This document shows, one piece after another, positions 1 to 16,282 of a stretch of DNA of 64,000 bases. The stretch covers positions 512,001 through 576,000 of the forward strand of contig CP086569.2 in NCBI GenBank assembly GCA_009914755.4, given 5' to 3'. Source of the stretch: the human T2T-CHM13v2.0 reference genome, Homo sapiens. Positions within the stretch are counted from its first letter, which is position 1. Each line of letters opens with the position of its first letter. The notes under the pieces were generated by a model, which saw only the letters and a program-made list of their open reading frames with translations, did no database searches and was not told where the DNA came from. The position numbers and the translations under genes are program-made.

Positions 1-458
<458 letters not shown>

Positions 459-534
459 CTCCAAAAAAAGGACTGTTACGTGGATGTTCTAGCTTCCTGT
501 TCTCGTCTTTTCTTTGTTAATTGTACAGTTTGAG

Positions 535-566
535 GGTGTGTGTGCGTGTGCGCACGTGTGTGTGTG
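535..566. repeat. (GT)n-like microsatellite
   Basis: gtgtgtgtgcgtgtgcgcacgtgtgtgtgtg. Confidence 0.9.
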
Positions 567-696
567 CAGTCTCCTGATTTCATGTATTTAATTGTTATTA
601 CCACCACCTCCATCTCTCATTCCTTCTTACCCTCACTGTGTAAAGATACATGTTGTTTTTAAATTTTATGTATTTATATTTATTTATTTGTATTTC

Positions 697-1447
<751 letters not shown>

Positions 1448-1654
1448 TAGGAAATCAGAAAGTGGGTAGTTTCCGCACTCTGAGGAGAAAAAGAGACGTC
1501 CGGCGAAGAGAAAGGAGAGTGAAAGGATGTCTCCTCTTGTCTGTAGCCTGTTCTCAATCGTGAGTGAGCCAATTGCCAGAAACTGAGGGTGCTTCATTTG
1601 GCCAGGCAAGCTTCTCAACAGAATGTCTAAGTACTTGTTAATGCTGAGAAGCTC

Positions 1655-1730
1655 TCCAAGCTACTGCACTCCAGCCTGGGTGACAGAGCACGACCTTGTC
1701 TGAAAACAATTAATTAATCAATTAATTAAT
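1655..1730 (+). mobile_element. Alu 3' terminal fragment followed by (TTAA)n
   Basis: Reads ctactgcactccagcctgggtgacagagcacgaccttgtctgaaaacaattaattaatcaattaattaat. Confidence 0.7.
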
Positions 1731-2240
1731 ATAATGAAATCATACTGAACTCAGGAGACCATTGGGGTGGGCAGGGCTGGGGTTGGAAAGGAACATAAAA
1801 TACGGTGCAGTGGACTTTGCTCCAGTCTCCCTCCCCATCTCTTCTCGCCAAGAGTCTCTGGAGGGAGCATGGGGAAGATGCTTTGGGAATCTGTAACTTC
1901 TTGTCTTGTAAACAGAATATCTAAGTAATTGTTAATGCTGAGAAGTTATAGATTTCCAAAGCCTTTCTCCAGGCTACGGACAAGGGTCATGGGTTACTCA
2001 GTGTTACAGAAAGAATGACATGGAGATGTTTGTTACATCTTAAGGAACCATGAGGGGCCAGAGTATTTTACTCTAAGTGTAGATGGTACATTGGCCACGC
2101 CTGTCCCAACACCACCAATGGTGGCACCTAACTTTTGTGTTTGTGCCCCACATTTCTTCTTCTTTTCTGACGTAAATGCAAGTGATATTCCTTGGAAACC
2201 ATGCTGCAGCAAGAGGCCATCTGACTACTAGTGATACCCT

Positions 2241-2428
2241 GTAGCTCACCTACAGCAGCTCACTTGAAGCAGCTCACCCATAGCTCAGGTATAGCTCACC
2301 TGCAGCGGCTCACCTGTAGCTCACGTGTAGCTCACTTGTAGCAGCTCACTGGTAGCTCACCTGCAGCAGCTCACCTGTACCTCACCTGTACCTCACCTGC
2401 AGCAGCTCACCTGTAGCTCACCTGTACG
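2241..2428. repeat. Minisatellite with ~11-12 bp unit (agctcacctgt)
   Basis: There are ~16 units such as cagcagctcacctgtagctcacctgta. The unit resembles the Alu 5' motif ggctcacgcctgta, and the array abuts an Alu-end-like gtgagccaccgtacccggcc. Confidence 0.85.
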
Positions 2429-2722
2429 TGAGCCACCGTACCCGGCCAGCAAGACCCCATTTCTAAAATAAATACACAAAAATTAGCCGGACGCGGTGGC
2501 GCATGTCTGTAGTTGTAGCTACTCAGGAGGCTGAGGTGGGAGGATTGCTGGAGGCTGGGAGGTAGAGGCTGCAGTGAACCGTGATCCAGCCACTGTACTC
2601 TAGCCTGGATGACATAGCAAAACCTTGTCTCAAAAAACAAAAACAAAAAACAAAACAAAGAAACAAACAAAAAACCCACACACACCGGAAAACAAAACAA
2701 AAAGCAAAAAGGAAAGAAAAGA
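2428..2722 (+). mobile_element. Alu-derived segment (mid region to 3' end) with long A-rich (CAAAA)n-like tail
   Basis: Runs aaaaattagccggacgcggtggcgcatgtctgtagttgtagctactcaggaggctgaggtgggagg ... ctctagcctggatgacatagcaaaaccttgtctc, then ~90 bp of A-rich tail. Confidence 0.75.
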
Positions 2723-2779
2723 GAGCCAGGTCCCAAATATATATTTCCTTGGAGAACCATTTGCAAAGAGCACACTTAA

Positions 2780-3263
<484 letters not shown>

Positions 3264-3823
3264 TCAGGCGTTTGGACGTTGAGGAACGTGAGGCTGAAGG
3301 TCGCCTTCGCCGACCCCCTGAGTTTAGGGTCCTGCCTTTTAAAATCTTCCCAGCACTCTGTTGTTCACGCAAGCGTCCCATCTGTTTGGGTGGCCGTGCC
3401 GTCTGCATCTGTCTCGAACCTTCACAGCTTTGCAGAATATCCTGTTTCTCAATACGGATGGAGAAACACGAGACGCGTTTTCTGGGTTATTTTAGCCGTC
3501 ACGGAGAACCCCAGACTCATGTGTGCTAATGACCTCATTAATGATACTCTGAGGCAGACAGCCCTGCCTGATCTTAACAACATTTTTTAAATTTCTTTTT
3601 TTGTTGTTGTTGTTACAGCATCATTCATATAACGTAGGAAACCGTGATCAGTAGCTTTTAGGATATTTGCAACAGGGTGTAACCATCTGTTAGACTCCAG
3701 AGCGTTTTTATCACGCTGAAAAGAAACCGCAAGCCCATTCCGCCATCAGTCTCAGGTTTCTCCATTTAGCCTGGGCAACCATTAACCTGCTTCCCATCTC
3801 TCTACACCTCTCCTACTCTGAAT

Positions 3824-4762
3824 ATGTATATATACGTGTGTATATATATGTGCATCTATGTGTGTGTGTACATGTAAATATATGTGTGTATATGTGTATA
3901 TATGTGGGTATATATAGTGTGTATATATCTGTATATACGTGTGTATACATATGTGAATCTATGTGTGTGTGTACATGTAAATATATGTGTATATGTATAT
4001 ATGTGTATATGTGTGTATATATAGTGTGTATATATGTGCATCTATGTGTGTGTGTACATGTAAATATATGTGTATATATGTATATATGTGTATATGTGTG
4101 TATATATAGTGTATATATGTGCATCTATGTGTGTGTGTACGTGTAAATATATGTGTATATGTATATATGTGTATATGTGTGTATATATAGTGTGTATATA
4201 TGTGCATCTATGTGTGTGTACATGTAAATATATGTGTATATATGTATATATGCATATATATAGTGTATATATGTCTGCTTATATGTATATATGTGTGGAC
4301 ATATGTATATATTTGTGTGTATGTGTATATAGTGTGTATATATGTGTATATATGTATATATGTGTATATATGTATATATATCAGTGTATGTATGTGTGTA
4401 TATATGTATATATGTGTATATATGTATATATATCAGTGTATGTATGTGTGTATATATGTATATATGTGTATATATGTATATATATCAGTGTATGTATGTG
4501 TGTATATATGTATATATGTGTATATATGTTTATATATCAGTGTATATCTGTGTATATATGTATATCTGTGTATATATGTGTGTATATATGTATATATGTG
4601 TATATATGTATATATATCAGTGTATATATGTGTATATATGTATATCTGTGTATATATGTATATCTGTGTATATATGTGTGTATATATGTATATATAGTGT
4701 ATATATGTGTGTATATATATGTACATATGTATGTATATGCACATATGTATATATATGCACTT
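3824..4762. repeat. Complex (TG)n/(TA)n microsatellite array, ~0.94 kb
   Basis: Continuous tatatgtgtgtatatatgtg-type sequence with internal higher-order units, for example repeated catctatgtgtgtgtgtacatgtaaatatatgtg. It alternates purine and pyrimidine. Confidence 0.95.
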
Positions 4763-5218
4763 TTTTTTCCCATTCAGCCTATAAGTACGAGGCAGGCCAT
4801 GTTCATTTATATTAAGAAATATGTAGACTGCGAAATGAGGCAATCATATTTCTGAAGCCAGCCAATGCAAACCCTCCTTCTTTCAGAAGGGACGTCTCCC
4901 CAGGCAAAAAGAAAAAAAAAAAAAAAGTCAGCTTTGCAAGATCTCTTACCGTGAGCGGAAAATGCAGTTAAGAGAGCCGGCCAGCCAGGCTCCCGATGGC
5001 GGTGTGACGGGTGGCGTGGATGACGCTGGGAGAACCACGGGGAAGATGGGTGATACGATGCTCCTTCTAATTGACACCTCTAGGTCCAGGGCAAGTTAAT
5101 GATGAGCTTGGACCGCGTTGCCACCGGTTCGAATGGCCTTTGCCAGTTTTCTCTGCACGGAGCAGCGTTCGGCTTCACATTTTTGCCTCTTAACTTCATC
5201 CACTTGGTCTGTTTCTGA

Positions 5219-5596
<378 letters not shown>

Positions 5597-5707
5597 TAAT
5601 TTTTTTTTTTGTATTTTTAGTAGAGACGGGGTTTCACCATGTTGGTCAGGCTGGTCTCGAACTCCTGACCTCAAATAATCCTCCCAAAGAGCTGGGATTA
5701 CAGGTGT
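5597..5707 (-). mobile_element. Alu left-monomer fragment
   Basis: tttttttttttgtatttttagtagagacggggtttcaccatgttggtcaggctggtctcgaactcctgacc ... gggattacaggtgtg. Confidence 0.8.
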
Positions 5708-6328
<621 letters not shown>

Positions 6329-6464
6329 TAATTTTTGTATCTTTAGTACAGATGGGGTTTCACCATGTTGGCCAGGCTGGTCTCGAACTCCTGACCTTGT
6401 GATCCACCCACCTGAGCCTCCCAAAGTGCTAGGATTACAAATGTGAGCCACTGCACCCAGCCCA
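6329..6464 (-). mobile_element. Alu left-monomer fragment
   Basis: Runs taatttttgtatctttagtacagatggggtttcaccatgttggccaggctggtctcgaactcctgacc ... aggattacaaatgtgagccactgcacccagccc. Confidence 0.8.
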
Positions 6465-6693
6465 GGCTCATGGAGTTTTTAGTAAGAGCTCATGCTCACA
6501 GCCTGTCTTAAGGGAGACCTTCTCCAGATCCTGGGTGGTGCCGTTTCATGGACAACAAATTCATTCTCAAAAAGCGTAGCCCCAGTGGAAGACCTTGGGT
6601 CCTTCCACTCGGAGTGTGTCAGTTCATCACCATAACCGTTTGTTGAGGTGTGTTCAAAACATCTATAGCCAAATTCCACAGGAGGAATGGGAT

Positions 6694-7870
6694 GAGGACT
6701 CTAAGCTTCTGGACTTGATGTAGAAACCGGGTCTTTGCAGATGTCTTTAAGGGAAGGATCTGAAATGAGGTCATCCTGGATTAGGGTGGGTCTTAAATCC
6801 AATAACAGGTGTCCTTGTAAGGGACAGAAGAGGACCATAAATCTAATGACTACGGTCCTCCTAAGAGATGGAAGAGGAGACATAGACACAGGCACAGACA
6901 CAGAGGAGAAGGCCACGTGGAGACGGAGGCAGCGACTGGAGTGATCCGGCCACAAGCCCAGGGACGCCTGGAGCCCCCAGGAGCTGGGAGAGGCAGGAAG
7001 GATCCTCCCCTAGAGCCTCCAGAGGGAACTTCTTATGGTTGAAGTGGATTGAACTATGGTACCCCCCAAAAATATGTTCATATTCTAACCCAAGAACCTG
7101 TGAAAGGAGGTAGAGACTGGAGTGATGGGGCCACAAGCCCAGGGATACCTGGAGCACCCAGAAGCTGGGAGAGGCAGGAAGGACCCTCCCCTAGAGCCTC
7201 CAGAAGGAACTGGATACAACTGAAGTGAAGTGAACCGTGGCCCCCTCAAAAGACCTGTCCATGTATTGATCATCTGGAATCTGTGAATGGGACATTATTT
7301 GGAAATACGGTCTCTGCAGATGTGATTAAGTGGAAGATCTGGAGATGAGATCATCCTAGATTAGGGTGGACCATAAATCTAATGACAGGTGTCCTTCTAA
7401 GAGACAGAAGAGGAGACACAGACACAGAGGAGGAGGCCACGTGGAGACAGAGGCAGAGACTGGAGTGATGCAGCCACAAGCCCAGGGATGCCTGGAGCCC
7501 CCAGGAGCTGGGAGAGGCAGGAAGGATCCTCCCTTAGAGTCTCCAGAGGGAGCACAGCCCTGAGACTCCTTGACCTCAGACTCCTGGTCTCCAGGACTGG
7601 GAGAGGCAGGAAGGACCCTCCCTTAGAGCCTCTGGAGGGAGCATGGCCCTGAGACACCTGGACCTCAGACTTCTGGTCTCTATGGCTGGGAGAGGCAGGA
7701 AGTCTCCTCCTCAAGAGCCTCTGGAGGGAGCATGGCCCTGAGACTCCTTGACCTCAGACTCCTGGTCTCCAGGCCTGGGAGAGGCAGGAAGGACCCTCCC
7801 TTAGAGCCTCTGGAGGGAACATGGTCCTGAGACTCCTTGACCTCAGACTCTTGGTCTCCAGGACTTGACG
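6694..7870 (+). mobile_element. Tandem array of partial MaLR LTR copies (MLT1-like), ending in ~89-bp subrepeats
   Basis: Three partial copies begin near 6694, 7040 and 7215. Each shows LTR-like motifs such as tctttgcagatgt..ttaag..atcctggattagggtgg ... ccacaagcccagggatgcctggagcccccaggagctgggagaggcaggaaggatcctcccctagagcctccagagggaac. From 7508 to 7866 the unit ctgggagaggcaggaaggaccctcccttagagcctctggagggagcatggccctgagactccttgacctcagactcctggtctccagga repeats about 4 times. Assignment to MLT1 rests on remembered consensus motifs (…ctagagcctccagaaggaac…). Confidence 0.7.
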
Positions 7871-8765
7871 GGGATGAATTCCTGCGGCATGCATCGTCAT
7901 TCCTGGTCCTTTGTTACGGCTGACTCAGGAATCTAAGAAACTGACCTGCGGGGTTTTGCCCATCAGGATGGTGGCTTCTCCGGCTGTGGATTTGTTGCTT
8001 TTCCATCTTCTCTGCGGCTGACACTCTTACGGGGAGTAATGGTGCAGAGAATTTCGGTTGCCTCCCAGAGCTGCAGCCGGAAGACGCAAGGACCAACGAA
8101 AACATTTGCATCGTGGCTCTCTGTGAGGAAGAGTCCTGCTGTGAAAGCATTTTTATTCCGAAAGAGGATCATCTTTGGGAGCAGAACCATGGAAAAGTCT
8201 CTTTCGGCAGCCCACGGAATGATGGGCCGGCCACATTTTGGATACATCTCATGCTTCTTACTGTTTTCAAATGGTTTTGGCTTGAATGGAATTCCAAGCC
8301 CATTTTTTTTTTCCTCTTTCCCAAGTACTTTTTGTTCTTGAGTCTTGCAATCCTATGAATTCCAAGGGAAGCTGAATGTCTATCTTTTTGATACGTGGAC
8401 ACTGTCATCCTGCAAACAAAACCGTAGACGTCTTTGGGGGGGTCGTGAACTTGGCAGTGAAGTTCGAAGGTCTCCAGTGCTTCTCACATCCGAAGTCAGA
8501 GCCCACATTTCTCCGTCAGTTTGTAACCCTGGCAAAAGAAGGTCTTCGGCTTGCTTGTTTTCCTGAAAAACAGGAAGTTTTATTTTGCCAAGAATGAATG
8601 GAATGGGAAGCCAAAGCGTTTGATATGCACAAGGGAAAATGCAGGATTTTTTTGTGTGCAAAGTTTACGTGGGGCTACACACCCTATTTCCTCTTTCCTC
8701 ACAATGATGCCACGAAATTGATTTTATTCCCTGCGGCTACTACATTTACCGTTCAAGTGCTGAAT

Positions 8766-9405
8766 TCCTCCCCTCCCCTGCCCTCCCCACTCCCCTCCCC
8801 TGACCTCCCCCCTCCCCTCCCCTGCCCTCCCCATCCCCTCCCCCTCCCCCTCTACTCCCCCTCCTCCCATCCCATCTCCTTTCCCCCTCCCCCATCCCAT
8901 CCCTCCCGTCCTCCCCTCCCCTCCCCTCTTCCCCTCCCCTCTCCTTCACCCCCTCACATCCCCTCCCCTCCCCTCCTACCCTCCCCTCCTCCCCTCTCCT
9001 TCCCCTTCCCCCCTCCCCTCCTCCCCTTCCCTCTGTTCCTCCCCTCCTCCCCTCCCCTCCTCCCCTCCCCTCCTCCCCTCCCCTCTCCTTTCCCACTCCC
9101 CCCTCCCATCCCCTCCTCCACTCCCCTCCTCCCCTACTCTCCTCCCCTCCTCCCGTCCCCTCCTCCCCTCCCCTCTTCTCTTCCCCTCCCCTCCCCTCCT
9201 CCCTCTCCTCCCCTTTCCCCCTCCCCCTTCCCATCCCCTCCCATCCTCCCCTCCCTCCCATCTTCCCCTCCCCTCCCCTCCTCTCTTCCCCTCCCCTCCC
9301 CTCCCCCACTTCTCACTCTCCTCCCCCCTCCCATCCCCTCCCCTCCTCTTCTCTTCTCTTCTTTTCTCTTCTTTTCTTTTTTTTCTTCTTCTTTTTTTTT
9401 TTTCT
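8766..9405. repeat. C-rich polypyrimidine low-complexity tract (CCCCT/CCTCC-like), ~0.6 kb, ending in T-rich (TTCTC)n
   Basis: Near-pure pyrimidine on the + strand (ctcccctcccctgccctccccactcccctcccc...) with only sparse A/G. Confidence 0.95.
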
Positions 9406-9407
9406 AA

Positions 9408-9542
<135 letters not shown>

Positions 9543-9545
9543 TAA

Positions 9546-9839
<294 letters not shown>

Positions 9840-9900
9840 TAATTAATTAATTTTTTACATTTTACTTTAACTTCTGAGATACATGTGCTAATTAATTAAT
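9840..9900. repeat. AT-rich (TTAA)n-type simple repeat with duplicated L1-tail-like 20-mer
   Basis: Contains taattaattaatt twice and tttttacattttactttaa / tttttaaattttactttaa. Confidence 0.8.
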
Positions 9901-10227
9901 TTTTTAAATTTTACTTTAAAAAAGTCATACTTTACTTAAGTAAAAGTAAGTAAATGTGTGTTAACTAAACACATTCTGGGGTACATGTGCACAAAGCGCA
10001 GGTTAGTTACATATGTATACATGTGCCATGGTGGTTTGCTGCTCCTATCAACCCATTATCTAAGTTTTAAGCCCCACATGCACTAGGTATTTGTCCTAAT
10101 GCTCTCCATCCTCTTGCCTTCTATCCCCCCACAGGCCCTGGTGTGTGATGTTCCCCTCCCTGTGTCCATGTGTTCTCACTGTTCAACTCCCACTTACGAG
10201 TGAGAACATGCAGTGTTTGGTTTTCTG
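9901..10227 (-). mobile_element. L1 3' end fragment (3' UTR plus last part of ORF2), antisense on + strand
   Basis: Runs tttttaaattttactttaa ... ggggtacatgtgcacaaagcgcaggttagttacatatgtatacatgtgccatggtggtttgctgc ... ccacttacgagtgagaacatgcagtgtttggttttctg, the reverse complement of the L1 terminus. Confidence 0.88.
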
Positions 10228-11522
<1,295 letters not shown>

Positions 11523-11728
11523 CTTTACTTTAGAAACAAATCCCTGTCCGTGTTTGTCTTTTCACCTGTCCTGCAGGGAAAACAAAACATAAAATGTCAA
11601 GGCAAATAGTAGTGATTTCATTCCGGGAAAAAGAAAGTGGATGTTTGCCTTCACCCTTTCTCGTCCTTCCTCTGGTGCTCCTCAGGCCCAGGGAGAGGGT
11701 GGAAAGTCAGAGGAAGAAAGACGGGGCT

Positions 11729-11739
11729 GGGGGGGGGGG
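11729..11739. repeat. G11 homopolymer
   Basis: ctgggggggggggtccgtgggg. Confidence 0.9.
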
Positions 11740-12001
11740 TCCGTGGGGACCCAGGCAGGCATGTTCCCATTTCCTGTCTTCACTTCAAAGAGGGGCCCCT
11801 CGCTCTGGAATGAGGCCTACGGTTTCCTTTCCCGAAGAGTTCCCCTTTGTGAGCTTACGGCTTCGGAGTGAACCTCGGTGCAACCTGTTATTAAAACACA
11901 CAGAGGCTAATGCCAGCAAAAACACGCCCCCCGCTCCTGGTTTCAGAGGGAAGAAAAAAATTCATAAGCACGGCCATGCTTTTCTAATAAAAATTCATTA
12001 A

Positions 12002-12479
<478 letters not shown>

Positions 12480-12510
12480 TGTTTCTGTTTTTCTTTCCCC
12501 GCTTTCTTAG

Positions 12511-12874
<364 letters not shown>

Positions 12875-13721
12875 CTCTAACTCTTTACCAGACATAAAGT
12901 CTCCTTCCCCTTTCTAAATGTATATATTGTGTTTTTAAAAGTTAACAGCAGGGATCCCACCTCATTCCCCGCTCTCTCCCCAAGACCTGTCCTGCACGTT
13001 GCACACAGCAGGTGTGCCCTGGACATATCCCAAACCCACGCTGAAAGAAAGAGGGTCTCACTACACGTATGATATCTGTGATCCTTTAAACATCTCCGTG
13101 GCTTCCAGGCAACACAGCCATAAATAGGAATCTCATGTCTGACATGATACCGGGACCATGTATGGGAAATTCTGGGTGTGAAGTTCCAGCTACCCCCGCA
13201 GAGGCACCATTGCATACCCTCCAGAAACTCCCCTGCCGTTCAAGCCAAAGACACAACACAAACAGCTCCGAGAGAGGGTGTCATTGAAAATCAATACCAT
13301 CATAAGAGCACACAGCACCGTCTTTCTCTTCTGCCCGTTGATACACAATTATGAGCAATTTGCTAACACTGACAACTCGTGGCAAGAACAGGTCGTGTTG
13401 ATACGGTTGCCTCGTGAGGACCCATCTGTCTTCTGGGGTCTTGCCTGGAACGGAGATCGGAGTTCAGGGTGGCTAATAGAATCATTACTCACCTAGGGAC
13501 ACAGAATATGAGGGTTACCCCCAGTTAAGTGCATACAGTCAAACGGACGGCTGCTCTGGAAGGTACAGTGACGTGAACAGCTTTTATGAAATGCCTAGAT
13601 CTGGACCTTCCATACCTGAGCCACCGTTCCAAAGCACTGGGCGTTTTTCAGATACTTTCATGAGAAATGTTGTCAACACCGCAAGTTTGCAGTACACAGT
13701 CTGAAAGATATTCTTGTATAT

Positions 13722-13850
13722 GTAGATGTCTGTAGATGCCCTGAAGGTGTGTAGACTTTAGACACCCAGAAGGTGTGTAGATGTCTGTAGACACCTTCTA
13801 TGTGTGTAGATGTCTGTAGACGCCCTGCAGGTGTGTAGATATATCTAGAT
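13722..13850. repeat. Minisatellite, ~30-bp unit, ~4 copies
   Basis: Units read tgtagatgtctgtagatgccctgaaggtgtg / tgtagatgtctgtagacaccttctatgtgtg / tgtagatgtctgtagacgccctgcaggtgtg. Confidence 0.85.
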
Positions 13851-14186
13851 GGTCTGCCTGTGTATGATACAGGCTAAAAAGACATTTGTGGTGGACACTA
13901 GTTGATTATTTAGGACTATGAGATGGGAAAGGAAGAGCAACCAGCAGTGAAAGGCATGTGGTGGGTGGGGGGTTGGCATTGCAGTGGGGTCCTCTGAGCA
14001 GGTGACACCCACTATAGGGCTGCCCTTGGATGGACGCTTTGTGAAGCTGTTTGATTTCACCACACCAAGCCTGGAGGCACGGACATTCCAGGATGGTGAG
14101 GAGTCTGCAAAGGAGGAGATTGGAGGAGGTGCAATATCCCTAGAGTACGAGAGATGAGATAGGAGAGCTGTATAAATAGCACTACC

Positions 14187-14321
14187 AGCCGGATGCGGTG
14201 GCTCACGCCTGTCATCCCAGCACTTTAGGAGGCTGAGGCAGGCGGATCACCTGAGGTCAGGAGTTCCAGAACAGCCTGGCCAACACAATGAAACCCCATC
14301 TCTACTAAAAATACAAGATTA
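14187..14321 (+). mobile_element. Alu left-arm fragment, followed directly by a full Alu
   Basis: Runs gccggatgcggtggctcacgcctgtcatcccagcactttaggaggctgaggcaggcggatcacctgaggtcaggag ... ctctactaaaaatacaagattag. Confidence 0.85.
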
Positions 14322-14605
14322 GCTGGGCACGGTGTCTCACGCCTGTCATCCCTGCACTTTGGGAGGTCGAGGTGCGCAGATCATGAGGTCAGTCTGGCCA
14401 ACGCGGCGAAACCCCGTCTCTACTAAAAATACAAAAAAGTAGCCAGGCGTGGTGGTGGGCACCTGTAGTCCCAGCTACTAGGGAGGCTGAGGCAGGAGAA
14501 TCGCTTGAACCCGGATGCGGACATTGCAGTGAGCCGAGATCACACCACTGCACTCCAGCCTGGGGGACAGAGCGAGACTCCATCTTAAAATAAAATAGAA
14601 TAAAA
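14322..14605 (+). mobile_element. Alu SINE, full length, short (AAAAT)-type tail
   Basis: Runs ctgggcacggtgtctcacgcctgtcatccctgcactttgggaggtcgagg ... cctgggggacagagcgagactccatcttaaaataaaatagaataaaat. Confidence 0.9.
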
Positions 14606-14712
14606 TGCCAGTGATATGACAATACGCTGAACCCCAGGATGGACCCGTGGGATAGTCAAGGAATGTGGAGGTTGGGAGAGCCGTGGATATCAGAGACAAA
14701 AGGAGGGAAGAG

Positions 14713-15077
<365 letters not shown>

Positions 15078-15562
15078 CTAGAGGGCTCCTCGTTGCAGTG
15101 TTGGAGTAAGGGTAAAAAATCAGATCCCAGTGAATAAAGGAGCCAGCTGGGGAAGGATCGCAAGTCACCGTCATTGAATTAGGGCCCACCCTCCTCCAGT
15201 ACAACCTCATCTCAACCTCATTACATCTGCAAACACCCTATTTCTCAATAACACCCCATTCACAGGTAGTAAGGGTCCGCAGACATATCTCTTGGGGGGA
15301 TAAAAAATTAACCCACTACCTGCTCTTAGACTATAGTACAGAGGAGACCATCCCTCTCCCAAGAACAGATCACAGGACAGATCTGGTCATAAGTGGCACA
15401 TCTTTCCCTTTTTGCCGTGGCTGCCGGGAAGCCCAGAGCTGAGGTCACCCCTCCACGAAAGTCATTCTCTGAATGGACCTGCCTCAGTCTTGACCTCTGC
15501 TCCTATGGTAGTTAATGATTTCATTTTGTGTGTTTTTTTTTGTTTTGTCTTGTTTTGTTTTT

Positions 15563-15892
15563 TGAGATAGACTTTAGCTCTGTTCCCCCTGCTGGAGTGC
15601 AATGACGCGATCTCACCTCTGTTACCCAGGCTGGAGTGCAGTGGCGCCATCTTGGCTCACGACAACCTCCGCCTCCCAGGTTGAAGTGATTCTCCTGCCT
15701 CAGCCTCCCGAGTAGCTGGGATTACAGGTACCTGTCACCACAGCTGGCTAATTTTTTAATTTTTTATTTTTAGTATAGATGGGGTTTTGCCATGTTGGCC
15801 AGGCTTGTCTTGAACCCCTGACCTCAGGTGATCACCTTTTGCCTCGGCCTCCCAAAGTGCTGAGATGACAGACGTGAGCCACTGGGCCCTGC
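15563..15892 (-). mobile_element. Alu SINE with small internal duplication of the ctggagtgca region, preceded by (GTTTT)n
   Basis: Runs gagatagactttagctctgttccccctgctggagtgcaatgacgcgatctcacctctgttacccaggctggagtgcagtggcgcc ... gatgacagacgtgagccactgggccctgc. Confidence 0.88.
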
Positions 15893-15995
15893 AATTTTAT
15901 GTGTTTTGTTGTAAGCCTTCTCAGGATTTTGGAAAGATGATGATGAATGAATCAAGGAATGAAAGTTTAAAAGGTAGAAACAAAAAGAAAGTAAA

Positions 15996-16282
15996 GGCCA
16001 GGCATGCTGGCTCATGCCTGTCATCCCAGCACGTTGGGAGGCCAAGGCAGGAGGATCACTGGAGGCCAGAATTTAAACAGCAGCCTGGGCAACATAGCGA
16101 CACCACGTCTTTACAAAGGCACAAAAATATTAGCCTGGCACGGTGCATGCATCTGTGGTCCCAGCTACTCAGAAGGCTGAGGTGGGAGGAGGGCGTGAGC
16201 CAGGGAGTCGGAGGCTGCTGTGAGCTCTGATGGCACCGGTGCACTCTAGCCTGAGTCACAGAGCAAGAGCCTAGTTCTTTAA
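15996..16282 (+). mobile_element. Alu SINE (older, AluJ-like)
   Basis: Runs ggccaggcatgctggctcatgcctgtcatcccagcacgttgggaggccaaggcaggaggatcactggaggcc ... ctagcctgagtcacagagcaagagcctagttctttaaaaa. Confidence 0.9.

Noticed and set aside
4985-5050. Weak similarity between 4985-5050 (..tgtgacgggtggcgtggatgacgctgggagaaccacggggaagatggg..) and 47975-48060 (..tgtgactggtggcatggatcagggagaaatgagaaagaaaacggggaatgaggg..)
   Set aside because: Only short shared words are visible by eye, with gaps. This could be chance, and I cannot confirm paralogy without an alignment.
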